Shown piece by piece: positions 19,477-32,597 of a stretch of DNA of 64,000 nucleotides (position 1 is its first letter; each line of letters starts with the position of its first letter). Where the stretch lies: NCBI GenBank assembly GCA_965205265.1, contig CBDBGH010000003.1, forward strand, positions 1,568,001 through 1,632,000. Direction: 5' to 3'. This DNA comes from Alphaproteobacteria bacterium (GTDB lineage Bacteria; Pseudomonadota; Alphaproteobacteria; Bin95). The translations under genes were made by a program, and so were the position numbers. Below the pieces are notes generated by a model, which was not told where the DNA came from, did not search any database, and worked only from the letters and a program-made list of their open reading frames with translations.

Positions 19477-20486
19477 TCGCCCCGCACGAGGCGGGTTCCT
19501 GCGACCATCGCACGCAGCTTTTCCCGCGCCAGCCAGCGCGGCAGCGCCGAGAAGCCGCAATCGGCGGTAACCCAGAGGCGCTCCCGCGGCACCGCTTCCA
19601 GCACCCTCTCCAGCCGCGCGGCCACGTCTCCGGGCGTTTCGATGTGGAACGACTTCACATCGATCACGCCGGCCGCGATCCGGTAGCGCTCGGCCAAAGC
19701 CGGCAATGCGTCGAGGTCCGCCATTTCCCGGTTGGCGAATTCCAGCACCAGCATCGAGCAATCCAGCAAGCCCATGCCCGGCAGCAGGCGGGCGAAACCG
19801 CGCGGCGAATAGGGCCGGGACGCATTGTTGCCGAAGCAGATATGCACCGCGACGCGGTCCGCATGGCCGGCGATGGCGGCGTTGACCGCTTCGGCGCAGG
19901 CCCTGCTGTCCATGCCGTGCGAGAGGTCGGTGAAGCCCGGTTCGTCGATCTGGATGAGTTTGGCGTCTTCGTCGGCGAGCCTGTCGAGCTCATCCCTCAC
20001 AATGCCGGCGATGTCGTCGAGCAGCGCCGCCCTGTCGCCGCCATAGGGGCCTTCGGGCGCGATCTTGGGCATGAAGGTCAGGGGGCCGGGAAATGCGACC
20101 TTGAGCCGCCTGCCGGGCGCCAGCTTCCTGAGGCGGCGGAATTCGTCCGCGATACCGAGCCCGTCGGGCGCCGCCACCCGTTCCCGGGCGACGAAGTTGG
20201 GCGCGCGGTCATAGCCCGGCACGCCGAGCCGCCGGCCGGCCGGAACCCGTTCGATCCCGGTCAACCGGTCATACATCTCATAGACGAAACGGCTCCGGCG
20301 GAGCTCGCCGTCGGACAGGATGTCCACGCCCGCTTCGATCTGGTCGGCGATTGCGATGCGGGTTGCGTCGTCGAAGGCTTCCTCGACATCCTCCGCGCCG
20401 GTCCGGCCCGCGCGCATGGCTTCCCGGAAGAGGAAGAGCCAGCCCGGCGCCGCGTAGGACCCCACCCCCATTGTCGGCAAATCCAT
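19446..20486 (-). CDS. Cobalamin-independent methionine synthase II family protein (single barrel)
   Basis: VGSY, DGE.RR, QIDEP, Zn ligands HICFGN / LEFA / ADCGF. RBS AGGAGG before ATG 20486. Confidence 0.87.
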   Translation of the reverse strand: MDLPTMGVGSYAAPGWLFLFREAMRAGRTGAEDVEEAFDDATRIAIADQIEAGVDILSDGELRRSRFVYEMYDRLTGIERVPAGRRLGVPGYDRAPNFVARERVAAPDGLGIADEFRRLRKLAPGRRLKVAFPGPLTFMPKIAPEGPYGGDRAALLDDIAGIVRDELDRLADEDAKLIQIDEPGFTDLSHGMDSRACAEAVNAAIAGHADRVAVHICFGNNASRPYSPRGFARLLPGMGLLDCSMLVLEFANREMADLDALPALAERYRIAAGVIDVKSFHIETPGDVAARLERVLEAVPRERLWVTADCGFSALPRWLAREKLRAMVAGTRLVRGDYADRAQPER

Positions 20487-20596
20487 TCCGTATCCTCCTT
20501 TTCGAGCCCAGGGGCCCACTCCACTGCAAGTGTCATGAAATGTCATGTTTGGAGCTTATATGGATAGGTCGACGGGGAAGCCGGCGACCCTTCTTT

Positions 20597-21055
20597 CGTC
20601 ATGGCCGGACTTGTTCCGGCCATCCATGCGGCCGCCCGGCGGAAGCAGTGAGAGGGATGCCCGGATCAAGTCCATTGCTGTCCGGTTCAGCCATTGGGTG
20701 AGGCTGAACGGGGGTCCGCCGGGGGGTTCGGGGGCGCGCGGCGTCTGCGATCCGCCCCTTGCCCGTGAGGCTCGAACGCCCCCTTCGGCAGGCTCAGGGC
20801 AGGCTCTTTCGTCATGTCCGGACTTGTTCCGGGTATCCATACGGCCGCCCCGGGAGAAGCGGTGGAGGGAGATGCCCGGAACAAGTCCGGGCATAACGAT
20901 ATGGGGGTCGGGCATGACGACTTGGGGGCCGGGCCGCCAGGCGTCGATCCGGGTCCCGATCCCGCCGAACCCCTCGAAACCCGGTTGAATCCAAGCCATG
21001 CGCCCTGCCCGCAAATCCTGAACCGGACAGCAATGGATCAAGTCCGGGCATGACG
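20597..21055. repeat. CGTC-tagged REP-like palindrome doublet whose right arm is split by a MITE
   Basis: Left arm CGTCATGGCCGGACTTGTTCCGGCCATC (20597-20624). Right arm GATGCCCG|GATCAAGTC|CGGGCATGACG is interrupted at its loop. Confidence 0.88.
20673..21035. mobile_element. 363-bp non-autonomous element (MITE-1) with 18-bp TIRs and a 9-bp TSD
   Basis: Perfect TIR CATTGCTGTCCGGTTCAG (20673-20690) / CTGAACCGGACAGCAATG (21018-21035). Flanking direct repeat GATCAAGTC at 20664-20672 and 21036-21044. Internal REP doublet at 20810-20898. Confidence 0.9.
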
Positions 21056-21167
21056 GAGGAGGCGTCCGTGTAAAGCGCCGGAGAGAAGGCGCAAAGCCTC
21101 GCAAACCTGTCGTCAACCTGACCATATAGGCCTCTCATGTTTTGTCATGCAGGCCGGCGGGACCTTC

Positions 21168-23923
<2,756 letters not shown>

Positions 23924-23928
23924 CGGCC

Positions 23929-24912
23929 ATGCACCGCCTCTCGGTCGCGCCGATGATGGACCGGACGGACCGGCATTGCCGCTTCTTCCACAGGCTGCTT
24001 TCCCGGCATACGCGCCTCTATACGGAGATGCTGACCGCCGGCGCCGTCATCCACGGCGACCGGGACCGGCTGCTGGGCTTCGATCCGGCCGAGCATCCCG
24101 TGGCGCTGCAACTGGGCGGGAGCGAGCCGGCGATGCTGGCGCAAGCCGCGCGCATCGGGGAGCGGCTCGGCTATGACGAGATCAACCTCAATTGCGGCTG
24201 CCCGAGCGACCGGGTGAAGAAGGGGCGCTTCGGCGCGAGCCTGATGGCCGAGCCGGAGCTGGTCGGCCGCTGCCTCGCCGCCATGCGCGAGGCGGTCTCG
24301 GTCCCTGTAACCGTCAAGTGCCGCGTCGGCATAGACGACCAGGACGACGATGCGCTCAACCGTTTCGCCCGGACCGTCCATGCGCTTTCGGGCGTCACCG
24401 TCTTCATCGTCCATGCGCGCAAGGCGTGGCTGAAGGGCCTGAGCCCGAAGCAGAACCGGGAGGTGCCGCCGCTGCGCTACGAGCTGGCGTTCCGCCTGAA
24501 GGCCGAGCGGCCGGACCTTTGCGTCGTGCTGAACGGTGGCATTGCCGGTCTCGATGAGGCCGAAGCCCTGCTGGCGGGCGGTGCCGTCGATGGCGTCATG
24601 CTCGGCCGCGCCGCCTATTCGGACCCCTGGCTGCTCGCCGATGCGGACCGGCGCCTGTTCGGGGCGGAGAACCCGTTGCAGGCGCGGCAGGAGGCGGTGG
24701 AAGCGCTGCTGCCCTATGCGGAGCGGCTTGCGGCTGAGGGCATCCGCCTGCACGCGCTCTCGCGGCATGTCCACGGGCTGTTCCAGGGCTGCCCCGGCGC
24801 CCGCGCCTTCCGCCGCCACCTGGCGGAGAACGCGCACCTGCCGGGCGCAGGCCCGGAGGTGCTGGCCGCAGCCGCAAGCCTCGCCGCCCCGCCGGACCGG
24901 CTGGCGGCCTGA
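23929..24912 (+). CDS. dusA: tRNA dihydrouridine synthase A
   Basis: APMMD.TDRHCR, NLNCGCPSDRV and HARKAWL.GLSPKQNR motifs. Confidence 0.95.
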   Translation: MHRLSVAPMMDRTDRHCRFFHRLLSRHTRLYTEMLTAGAVIHGDRDRLLGFDPAEHPVALQLGGSEPAMLAQAARIGERLGYDEINLNCGCPSDRVKKGRFGASLMAEPELVGRCLAAMREAVSVPVTVKCRVGIDDQDDDALNRFARTVHALSGVTVFIVHARKAWLKGLSPKQNREVPPLRYELAFRLKAERPDLCVVLNGGIAGLDEAEALLAGGAVDGVMLGRAAYSDPWLLADADRRLFGAENPLQARQEAVEALLPYAERLAAEGIRLHALSRHVHGLFQGCPGARAFRRHLAENAHLPGAGPEVLAAAASLAAPPDRLAA

Positions 24913-24921
24913 CCCCCGGCT

Positions 24922-25716
24922 CTACCGCGCGGTCCAGCCGCCGTCGATCACGAGCTCCGCGCCGGTCATGAAGGCGCTGTCGGGCGAGGCGAGGAAGAGG
25001 ACGCCGGCGGCGATGTCCACCGGCCCGCCGAGGCGTTTGATCGGGTGCAGATCGGTGACGAATTGGCGCGCGGCATTGTCCGACATGCCGGTGCTGATCC
25101 AGCGGTCCAGCACCTGCGCCGCCATGTCGGTTTCGATCAGGCCCGGATGCACGGAGTTCACCCGGATGTTGTAGCCGAGCTGCGCGACTTCCAGCGCCGC
25201 CGACTTGGTCAGCAGGCGGACGGCGCCCTTGGACGCGCTGTAGATTCCCGAGAGCGGCGAGCCGACCAAGCCCGCAACCGAAGAGATGTTGACGATGCTG
25301 GCGGCGTCAGCCCCGGCGGGCGTGTTCTTCATCGAGCGGATGGCGTGCTTGACGCCGAGAAAGACGCCCATGACGTTCACGTCCATCAGCCGGCGGTAGT
25401 CCTCGACGGACATCTCCTCGAGCTTCGCGTAGCTGTAAACCCCGGCATTGTTGACGAGGATGTTGAGCGCTCCGAACCGCCTTTCGGCTTCGGCAACGGC
25501 GCTTTCCCAGCCGGCTTCGTCCGTCACGTCTTGCGCGATGAAATGCGCCTCGCCGCCCGCGGACCCGATTTCCTCCACCGTCCGGTGGCCGTTCTCCTCG
25601 ATGAGGTCGGAGACGACGACCTTCGCCCCCGCCTCCGCCAGCCGCCGCGCGATTCCGGCGCCGATGCCGCGCCCCGCGCCCGTTACCAGCGCGACCTTTC
25701 CGTCCGCACGGTTCAT
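24922..25716 (-). CDS. Short-chain dehydrogenase/reductase
   Basis: TGAGRGIG, NNAG, YSASK and IDGG motifs. Confidence 0.92.
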   Translation of the reverse strand: MNRADGKVALVTGAGRGIGAGIARRLAEAGAKVVVSDLIEENGHRTVEEIGSAGGEAHFIAQDVTDEAGWESAVAEAERRFGALNILVNNAGVYSYAKLEEMSVEDYRRLMDVNVMGVFLGVKHAIRSMKNTPAGADAASIVNISSVAGLVGSPLSGIYSASKGAVRLLTKSAALEVAQLGYNIRVNSVHPGLIETDMAAQVLDRWISTGMSDNAARQFVTDLHPIKRLGGPVDIAAGVLFLASPDSAFMTGAELVIDGGWTAR

Positions 25717-25722
25717 TCGTCT

Positions 25723-26424
25723 TCACTCCTCCGGTTGGGACGGCAGCAGCTCCGCCAGTTCGTCGAGCCCCCGGATTTCCGCCACGGGCTGGAAGGGCAG
25801 CGTCTCGACCGGCGCGCCGGCGCGGTTGATCCACACGGCCCGGAAGCCGAAGGCGGCCGCCCCGGCGGCGTCCCAGCCATTGGCCGAAACGAAGCAGACC
25901 TGTGCCGGCTGCGCGTCCAGCTCGTCCACCGCAAGCTGGTATACGGACGGGTGCGGCTTGAACACGCCGCAGGCATCCACGGAGAGGACGCGGTCCAGAA
26001 GCGGCGTCAGCGTGTTGGCGTTGACCGCGGCCGTCAGCATGGTGGAGGTGCCGTTGGAGAGCACCGCCGTGCGCATCCGCCGGCCCTTCAACGCCTCCAG
26101 GCAGGGCCGGGCGTCCGGGAAGGCTTCAAGCGCAAGATAGAGTTGCATCAGTTCGGCCCGGAGCGCCGGGTCGTCCACCTCGCAGACCGCCATGGCGTAG
26201 TCCAGCGCCTCGCCCGTGACCTGCCAGAAGTCCGCATATTTGCCCATCAGCGAGCGCAGCCAGGTGTAGTCGATCTGCTTCTGCCGCCAGATTGCAGACA
26301 GACGGTCGGCCGCCGGCCCGATGCGCGCCCGCCTTGCGGCCAGCGGGGCGTTGAAATCGAACAGGGTGCCGTAGGCGTCGAAGACGCAGGCGCGGATGTC
26401 GTGGAGGTTGTTGTCGCCCAGCAT
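25723..26424 (-). CDS. Haloacid dehalogenase type II
   Basis: FDAYGTLFD, LSNG, FKPHPSVY and VSANGWD motifs. Confidence 0.92.
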   Translation of the reverse strand: MLGDNNLHDIRACVFDAYGTLFDFNAPLAARRARIGPAADRLSAIWRQKQIDYTWLRSLMGKYADFWQVTGEALDYAMAVCEVDDPALRAELMQLYLALEAFPDARPCLEALKGRRMRTAVLSNGTSTMLTAAVNANTLTPLLDRVLSVDACGVFKPHPSVYQLAVDELDAQPAQVCFVSANGWDAAGAAAFGFRAVWINRAGAPVETLPFQPVAEIRGLDELAELLPSQPEE

Positions 26425-26526
26425 GCGTTGCGGCTTCCGGTTGCGGTCGGTTGCGCTCCCAGACTAACTTGCCGCGCGCCGGGGGTGAAACTATGTTTCG
26501 CCGAGGCAAGCAGAGGAGGTCCGGCC

Positions 26527-27402
26527 ATGTTCAAGGGGTCGCTGGTGGCGTTGATTACCCCGTTCCGCAACGGAGGGGTGGACGAGAAGGCGTTTCAGGA
26601 CTTCGTCGAGTGGCAGATCGCCGAAGGCACGCACGGGCTGGTGCCCTGCGGCACGACGGGCGAATCGCCGACCTTGAGCCATGACGAGCACAAGCGCGTG
26701 ACCGAGCTCTGCATCGAGGCGGCGGCAGGCCGCGTGCCGGTGGTCGCGGGCGCGGGCTCGAACTCGACGGCGGAGGCCATCGACCTCGCCGAGCACGCCA
26801 AGGCGGCCGGGGCCGACGGCATCCTCGTGGTGACGCCCTATTACAACAAGCCGAACCAGGACGGCCTCTACGAGCATTTCAAGGCGATCAACGACGCCGT
26901 CGAAATCCCGATGATCATCTACAACATCCCGCCGCGCTCCGTGGTGGACATGGCCGTCGAGACCATGGCGGAACTTGCCAGGCTGCCGAATGTCGTGGGC
27001 GTCAAGGACGCGACCACCGACCTCCAGCGCCCGCTGGAAACGCGCATCGCGGCCGGCCCCGACTTCTGCCAGCTCTCCGGCGAGGACGGCACCGCCCTTC
27101 CCTTCCTGATCCAGGGCGGTGTGGGCTGCATTTCGGTCAGCGCCAATGTCGCGCCGAAACTCTGCTCGATGATGCACGACGCCTGGCAGCAGGGCGCGCT
27201 GGAAACGGCGATGCAGATCAATGAGCGCCTGATGCCGCTGCACAAGGCGATGTTCTTCCAGCCGAGCCCGGCCGGCGCCAAATACGGCGCGCATCTTCTC
27301 GGGCATTGTGAACCGGACACGCGCCTGCCGCTGACCCCGGCCGCGCCCGCAACGCAGGCCCAGGTGCGCAGTGCCATGACGGGCCTCGAACTGATCGGCT
27401 GA
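26527..27402 (+). CDS. dapA: 4-hydroxy-tetrahydrodipicolinate synthase
   Basis: GTTGES, PYYNKP, YNIP.R and VKDA motifs. RBS GGAGG. Confidence 0.96.
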   Translation: MFKGSLVALITPFRNGGVDEKAFQDFVEWQIAEGTHGLVPCGTTGESPTLSHDEHKRVTELCIEAAAGRVPVVAGAGSNSTAEAIDLAEHAKAAGADGILVVTPYYNKPNQDGLYEHFKAINDAVEIPMIIYNIPPRSVVDMAVETMAELARLPNVVGVKDATTDLQRPLETRIAAGPDFCQLSGEDGTALPFLIQGGVGCISVSANVAPKLCSMMHDAWQQGALETAMQINERLMPLHKAMFFQPSPAGAKYGAHLLGHCEPDTRLPLTPAAPATQAQVRSAMTGLELIG

Positions 27403-27412
27403 TCCCGGTCCG

Positions 27413-27868
27413 ATGCCCGTCCGGCTGGTCGCCCAGAACCGCCGGGCGCGGCACGACTACTTCATCGAGGACGTGCTCGAGGCCGGGATGCAGCTTTCCG
27501 GCAGCGAGGTGAAGTCGCTGCGCGAGGGGCGCGGCTCCATCGTCGAGGCCTATGCGGTCGAGCGCGCGGGCGAGGTCTTCCTCGTCAACGCCCATATCCC
27601 GGAATACAAGCCGGCGCGCCATTTCGGCCACTCGGCGAAGCGCCCGCGCAAGCTGCTGCTGCACCGGCGCGAAATCGACCGGCTGGCCGGCGCCGTCCGG
27701 CGCGAGGGTGCGACCATCGTGCCGCTCAAGCTCTATTTCAACGAGCGCGGCCGCGCCAAGCTGGAACTCGGCCTCGCCCGCGGCAAGCGCAAGGTGGACA
27801 AGCGCCACGCCATCAAGGAACGCGACTGGAAACGCGACAAGCAGCGCCTGATGAAGATGCGGGACTGA
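27413..27868 (+). CDS. smpB: SsrA-binding protein
   Basis: [20 protein letters not shown] and DKR motifs. Confidence 0.96.
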   Translation: MPVRLVAQNRRARHDYFIEDVLEAGMQLSGSEVKSLREGRGSIVEAYAVERAGEVFLVNAHIPEYKPARHFGHSAKRPRKLLLHRREIDRLAGAVRREGATIVPLKLYFNERGRAKLELGLARGKRKVDKRHAIKERDWKRDKQRLMKMRD

Positions 27869-27872
27869 GGGA

Positions 27873-27917
27873 TTGACCCTGCTCGGGGCACCGGCATATG
27901 CTTGGCATATGCCAAGC
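27873..27917 (+). promoter_or_regulatory. vapBC promoter with palindromic operator
   Basis: TTGACC at 27873-27878. Perfect 18-bp palindrome GCTTGGCATATGCCAAGC at 27900-27917, plus a second GGCATATGC at 27893-27901 over the -10 region. Confidence 0.7.
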
Positions 27918-27937
27918 GGTTGTGGAGTATGCGGTCG

Positions 27938-28177
27938 ATGACGGCTACCCGCCATGCAAGATTGTTTCGCAACGGCCGGAACCAAGCCGTTCGGATTCCG
28001 CGCGAGTTCGAGTTAGCGGCCGACGAGGTGACGATCTGTCAGGAAGGTCGCCGCCTCATTATCGAACCTGTGGAGCGCACTCCAGGCCTGGCGGAAGTCT
28101 TGTCCCGGCTGGAACCGCTGGAAGAAGATTTCCCCGAGATTGCTGACCCGCCATCGCAGCCCGAAGACGTGATTTAG
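27938..28177 (+). CDS. vapB: AbrB/SpoVT-type VapB antitoxin
   Basis: LFRNGRNQAVRIPREFEL motif. Directly upstream of a PIN gene. Start could be 27929. Confidence 0.9.
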   Translation: MTATRHARLFRNGRNQAVRIPREFELAADEVTICQEGRRLIIEPVERTPGLAEVLSRLEPLEEDFPEIADPPSQPEDVI

Positions 28178-28178
28178 C

Positions 28179-28580
28179 GTGGCCGCTCTTTCCTATCTGC
28201 TCGATACCAATATCCTTTCGCAATTGGTAAGGCAGCCGGAGGGCGAAGCCGCCAAACGAATTGCCGAGCTCGAACCCGGAAGTTTCGCTACCAGCGTGAT
28301 TGTGGCTGCCGAGCTTCGTTACGGCACTGAACGCCGTGGATCACAGCGACTGACCGACCAAGTGGAAGCAATCCTGGCTGCCATAGACGTGCTTCCTCTG
28401 GAGGAGACCGCTACCCGGCACTATGGTCAAATCCGTAATCAACTCGAACGAACCGGCCGCCCCATCGGCCTGAACGACCTGCTGATTGCCGCTCACGCCA
28501 AGGCGCTGGGTGTCACGCTTGTAACCAACAATACCCGCGAATTTTACCGCGTCCCCGGGTTAACAGTGGAAGACTGGTAA
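28179..28580 (+). CDS. vapC: VapC PIN-domain toxin
   Basis: YLLDTNILS, EL.YG, NDLLIAAHA and VTNN..EF motifs. Confidence 0.93.
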   Translation: MAALSYLLDTNILSQLVRQPEGEAAKRIAELEPGSFATSVIVAAELRYGTERRGSQRLTDQVEAILAAIDVLPLEETATRHYGQIRNQLERTGRPIGLNDLLIAAHAKALGVTLVTNNTREFYRVPGLTVEDW

Positions 28581-28614
28581 CGAACCGGCGATACCGGACA
28601 CCTGCACTATCTCC

Positions 28615-29655
28615 CTACCGGTTCAGCCGGGCGGCGTCGGCGATGACGCGGACGGCCTCCTCGTTGCGGGTGCGCACGGTGATGGCGGTGGCACCGCTGT
28701 CGGCCCAGGCGCGGAAGCGCTGCCTGATACGCGCCGGCGGGCCGATGAGCGCCTTCATGTCCACCCACTCGTCCGGCACGGCTGCGGCCGCCTCGTCCTT
28801 GCGGCCGTCGAGATAGAGCTCCTGGATGCGCTCGGCCGCGTCGGCGAAGCCCCGGCGGCACATCATGGCGTTGTGGAAGTTCTTGTCCCGGTGCCCCATG
28901 CCGCCGACATAGAGCGCCTCGCGCGGCTTCAGCTGCGCCAGCCCCGCCTTCACATCGTCGCCCAGGATGACATGCGGCGAGGCGACGATCTCGAAATTGT
29001 GGAAGCCCTTGCCGTTGCCGGCGCGCGCGAAGCCCTGCTCCAGCCAGGGCCGGTATTCGTCGAGCGATCCGGGCACGAAGCCGAGCGGCAGCCAGCCGTC
29101 GGCGATCTCGCCCGTCAGGCGCACCGTCGACTCGCTGCCGGTGCCGAGATAGATGGGGATGTCCGGATTGGGATGCAGGATCATCCTGAGCGCCTTGCCC
29201 ATGTCCGCGGAACCCTCGCCCCTGTAGGGCAGGGAAATCTCGCGGCCTTCATGGGTCACCGGCTCCTCGCGCGCGAAGATCTTCCGCATGATCGCGACGT
29301 AATCCTTGATGCGCCAGTAGGGCCGCCCCCAGGGTTCCCCGTACCAGCCCTCGACGATCTGCGGCCCGGAAACGCCGATGCCGACGATCATCCGCCCGCC
29401 GCCCGCCAGCGCGTCGATGGTCTGGGCCTGCATCGCCGCATTGGCGGCCGTGCGCGCGGCAAGCTGGATGATGCCGGTGCCGAGCTTTATCCGCTCCGTG
29501 ACGGCCGCCAGATAGGCGAGCGGCGTCATGGCGTCGGTGCCGTAGGACTCGGCCGTCCATACCGTGTCGTAGCCGATCCTGTCGGCGAGCTTCACCAGTT
29601 CCGTCGGGAAATCGAGGCGGGCGCCGGAATAACCGATCGACAGACCGAGCTTCAT
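28615..29655 (-). CDS. LLM-class (luciferase-like, possibly F420-dependent) oxidoreductase
   Basis: WTAESYG.DA, LGTGI.Q..AR and G.SGPQ.VEGWYG motifs. Confidence 0.88.
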   Translation of the reverse strand: MKLGLSIGYSGARLDFPTELVKLADRIGYDTVWTAESYGTDAMTPLAYLAAVTERIKLGTGIIQLAARTAANAAMQAQTIDALAGGGRMIVGIGVSGPQIVEGWYGEPWGRPYWRIKDYVAIMRKIFAREEPVTHEGREISLPYRGEGSADMGKALRMILHPNPDIPIYLGTGSESTVRLTGEIADGWLPLGFVPGSLDEYRPWLEQGFARAGNGKGFHNFEIVASPHVILGDDVKAGLAQLKPREALYVGGMGHRDKNFHNAMMCRRGFADAAERIQELYLDGRKDEAAAAVPDEWVDMKALIGPPARIRQRFRAWADSGATAITVRTRNEEAVRVIADAARLNR

Positions 29656-29719
29656 GGGGGAAAGCCTCCAGACTTCGGGGAAAGGGCGTCACGAGCCGGC
29701 CGCGACGGGAAGAGCGCGG

Positions 29720-30565
29720 CTACTCCGCCGCCGCGCTCCACGCCGGCGGCAGGTCGAAGGGGCGGTCGCCGGAAAGGGAGGGCACGCGGGCGCGGGCCTC
29801 CGCGACGCGCGCCGTGTCGATCCCGGCGGTCACGATACCGGGCCCCTCGCCGCCGTCCGCCAGCACTTCGCCCCAGGGCGCGACAATCAGCGAATGGCCG
29901 TATGTGCGCCGCCCTTCCGCATGCTCGCCCACCTGCGCCGGCGCCACGATGAAGCAGCCGGTCTCGATGGCGCGGGCGCGCAGCAGCACATGCCAGTGCG
30001 CGCGGCCCGTCGGCACGGTGAAGGCGGACGGCACGGTAATCACCTCCGCCCCGGCCTGCGCCAACGCCCGGTAAAGTGCGGGAAAGCGCATGTCGTAACA
30101 GATCGTGAGGCCCAGCACTGCGAGCGGCGTAGCGACGGTTACCGCGTTTTCGCCCGGCCGGTATGTCCGGCTTTCCCGGTAGCGGTCGCCCTCGCCGATG
30201 TCCACGTCGAACATATGGATCTTGTCATAGGTGGCCGCGACCTCGCCGGCCGGGTCGATCAGATACGACCGGTTGGCAAGCCGCTCCTCTTCGGTGCGCG
30301 TCACCATCGAGCCCGCCAGCAGCCAGGCCCCGGTCTCCCGGGCCCATTCCCGGAAAGCCGCGAGGCCCCGGTGGCTGTCCTGCGGCTCCGCCTTTTCCAG
30401 AACCAGGCGCCGGCGCGGCTCCAGATAGGAACAGACTTCCGGCGCGGCAATCAGGTCCGCGCCCATGTCCCGCGCGCGGCGGACCATGTCGCCGAGCGCG
30501 GCAAGCGTCGGCTCCGTGTCCCGTTCCGCCGTGTTCTGAAGACAGGCCACCGTGAAGACGCTCAT
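29720..30565 (-). CDS. Carbon-nitrogen hydrolase (Nit1/deaminated glutathione amidase-like)
   Basis: PE, YDKIHMFDV and ICYDMRFP catalytic triad. Coupled to grxC. Confidence 0.92.
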   Translation of the reverse strand: MSVFTVACLQNTAERDTEPTLAALGDMVRRARDMGADLIAAPEVCSYLEPRRRLVLEKAEPQDSHRGLAAFREWARETGAWLLAGSMVTRTEEERLANRSYLIDPAGEVAATYDKIHMFDVDIGEGDRYRESRTYRPGENAVTVATPLAVLGLTICYDMRFPALYRALAQAGAEVITVPSAFTVPTGRAHWHVLLRARAIETGCFIVAPAQVGEHAEGRRTYGHSLIVAPWGEVLADGGEGPGIVTAGIDTARVAEARARVPSLSGDRPFDLPPAWSAAAE

Positions 30566-30828
30566 GACGCGGCTCCCTCCAGCATGGCATCGAGCCGCCC
30601 TGCCCGCTCCAGCGCCGCCAGCTCGTCCGACCCGCCGACATGCGCGCCGGCGATGAAGATTTGCGGTACCGTGCGCCGGCCGCCGGACCGGCTCATCATC
30701 TCGCTGCGCAGGGCCGGCTCGGTATCCACATTGTATTCGGCGAACTCGACGCCCTTGCTCTTCAGCAACCGCTTCGCCCGGTAGCAGAAAGGGCACCACG
30801 AACTGGAGTACATCTCGACCCTGGTCAT
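30562..30828 (-). CDS. grxC: Glutaredoxin 3
   Basis: CPFC, TVPQIFI and GGSD motifs. Confidence 0.94.
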   Translation of the reverse strand: MTRVEMYSSSWCPFCYRAKRLLKSKGVEFAEYNVDTEPALRSEMMSRSGGRRTVPQIFIAGAHVGGSDELAALERAGRLDAMLEGAAS

Positions 30829-30935
30829 GGGTTCACCATATAGCCGCGCCCGCCTGCCCCGTCGAGACGGCGGCGCCCTTGACCCTTCGCCTTCCCGTGC
30901 GGATAAACCGCCCGCCGAATATGGAACGGTGGACC

Positions 30936-31952
30936 ATGAAACGCATTTTCTCCGGCATCCAGCCGACCGGAAACCTGCATCTCGGGAACTATCTGGGCGC
31001 CATCCGCAACTGGGTGGGCATGCAACAGGACTTCGACTTCAACTGCATCTTCTGCATCGTCGATCTGCACGCCATCACCGTCCCGCAGGACCCGGCCGAA
31101 CTGGCCGCCAATACCCGCGAGGTGACAGCGGCCTACATCGCGTCCGGGATCGATCCGGAGCGCTGCATCGTCTTCAACCAGAGCATGGTATCCGCCCATG
31201 CGGAGCTTGCCTGGGTGCTGAACTGCCATGCGCCGATGGGCTGGCTCAACCGCATGACCCAGTTCAAGGAAAAGGCCGGGAAGCGCCGCGACGCCGCTGC
31301 GGTCGGGCTTTTCGCCTATCCCGTGCTGATGGCCGCCGACATCCTGCTCTACCGCGCCAGCGACGTGCCGGTGGGCGAGGACCAGAAGCAGCACCTGGAA
31401 CTTTCCCGCGATATCGCAGGCGCGTTCAACCGCCACTACGGCTGCGAGGCGTTCGTGCTGCCGGAGCCGCGCATCTTCGGCGCCGCGACCCGTGTGATGA
31501 GCCTGCGGGACGGCACCGCAAAGATGAGCAAGTCCGACCCCTCGGCCTGGTCCCGCATCAACCTTTCGGACGACGCCGACGCCATCGCGCAGAAAATCCG
31601 CCGGGCGAAGACCGACCCCGAGGCCCTGCCAAGCGAGCCGGCGGGGCTGGAAGGCCGGCCGGAAGCCGAAAATCTCGTCGGCATCCACGCCGCGCTTGCC
31701 GGAGTGGATGAAGCCGCGGTCTGCCGCGAATTCGGCGGGCGGGGCTTCGCCGACTTCAAGGCGGCCCTTTCCGAGCTTGCCGTGGAGGTGCTCTCGCCGG
31801 TCACGGCCGAAATGCGCCGCCTGACGGCCGATCCCGGCTATATCGACGGCGTGCTGGCCGACGGGGCAGCGCGGGCGGACGCCATTGCGTCTGGGACAAT
31901 GAGTGAAATCAGGAAGGTCGTCGGCTTCCTCACACCCCGGCAAAGCTCATGA
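30936..31952 (+). CDS. trpS: Tryptophan--tRNA ligase
   Basis: [30 protein letters not shown] and KMSKS motifs. Confidence 0.97.
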   Translation: MKRIFSGIQPTGNLHLGNYLGAIRNWVGMQQDFDFNCIFCIVDLHAITVPQDPAELAANTREVTAAYIASGIDPERCIVFNQSMVSAHAELAWVLNCHAPMGWLNRMTQFKEKAGKRRDAAAVGLFAYPVLMAADILLYRASDVPVGEDQKQHLELSRDIAGAFNRHYGCEAFVLPEPRIFGAATRVMSLRDGTAKMSKSDPSAWSRINLSDDADAIAQKIRRAKTDPEALPSEPAGLEGRPEAENLVGIHAALAGVDEAAVCREFGGRGFADFKAALSELAVEVLSPVTAEMRRLTADPGYIDGVLADGAARADAIASGTMSEIRKVVGFLTPRQSS

Positions 31953-32584
31953 GAAAGGCAGATATCGGGACCTTCTTCGACCGCCTGGCGGCCGCCCTGC
32001 CGGAGCCGCAGGGGGAGTTGCATTACGTCAACCCCTATACGCTGCTGGTCGCGGTCGTGCTGTCCGCCCAGGCGACCGATGCGGGCGTCAACAAGGCGAC
32101 GAAGACGCTATTTGCCGAAGCCGACACGCCGGACGCCATGCTGGCTCTCGGCGAGGACGGGGTGCGCCGCCATATCCGCACCATCGGCCTCTTCAACGCC
32201 AAGGCGCGCAACGTCATCGGCCTTTCCCGCATCCTGGTCGAGGAGCATGCCGGCTCCGTGCCCGAGAGCCGGGAGGCGCTGGAACGCCTGCCCGGCGTCG
32301 GCCGCAAGACGGCCAATGTCGTCCTCAACACGGCTTTCGGCCAGCCGACCATCGCGGTGGACACGCATATCTTCCGCGTCGGCAACCGCACGGGCCTCGC
32401 GCCCGGCAAGACGCCGCTGGAAGTGGAGAAGAAGCTCGAACGGCGCGTCCCGGCGCATCGCAAGCTGCACGCCCACCATTGGCTCATCCTGCACGGGCGC
32501 TATGTCTGCAAGGCGCGCAAGCCCGACTGCCCGGCCTGCACGGTCGCCGACCTCTGCGGCTTCAAGGGCAAGACGACGGTCTGA
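31949..32584 (+). CDS. nth: Endonuclease III
   Basis: [15 protein letters not shown] and the C-terminal 4Fe-4S cysteine motif. Confidence 0.96.
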   Translation: MRKADIGTFFDRLAAALPEPQGELHYVNPYTLLVAVVLSAQATDAGVNKATKTLFAEADTPDAMLALGEDGVRRHIRTIGLFNAKARNVIGLSRILVEEHAGSVPESREALERLPGVGRKTANVVLNTAFGQPTIAVDTHIFRVGNRTGLAPGKTPLEVEKKLERRVPAHRKLHAHHWLILHGRYVCKARKPDCPACTVADLCGFKGKTTV

Positions 32585-32597
32585 ACGGCAAAGCCGC

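Noticed and set aside
20487-20600. SAM or cobalamin riboswitch upstream of the methionine synthase II gene
   Set aside because: I could not recognise a B12-box, SAM-II or SAM/SAH consensus. The region is occupied by repeat-family sequence.
20597-21055. Possible CRISPR array from the recurring 28-bp repeats with ~32-bp spacers
   Set aside because: The repeats are inverted pairs rather than direct, the spacers are homologous to each other, the copies are dispersed, and there are no cas genes.
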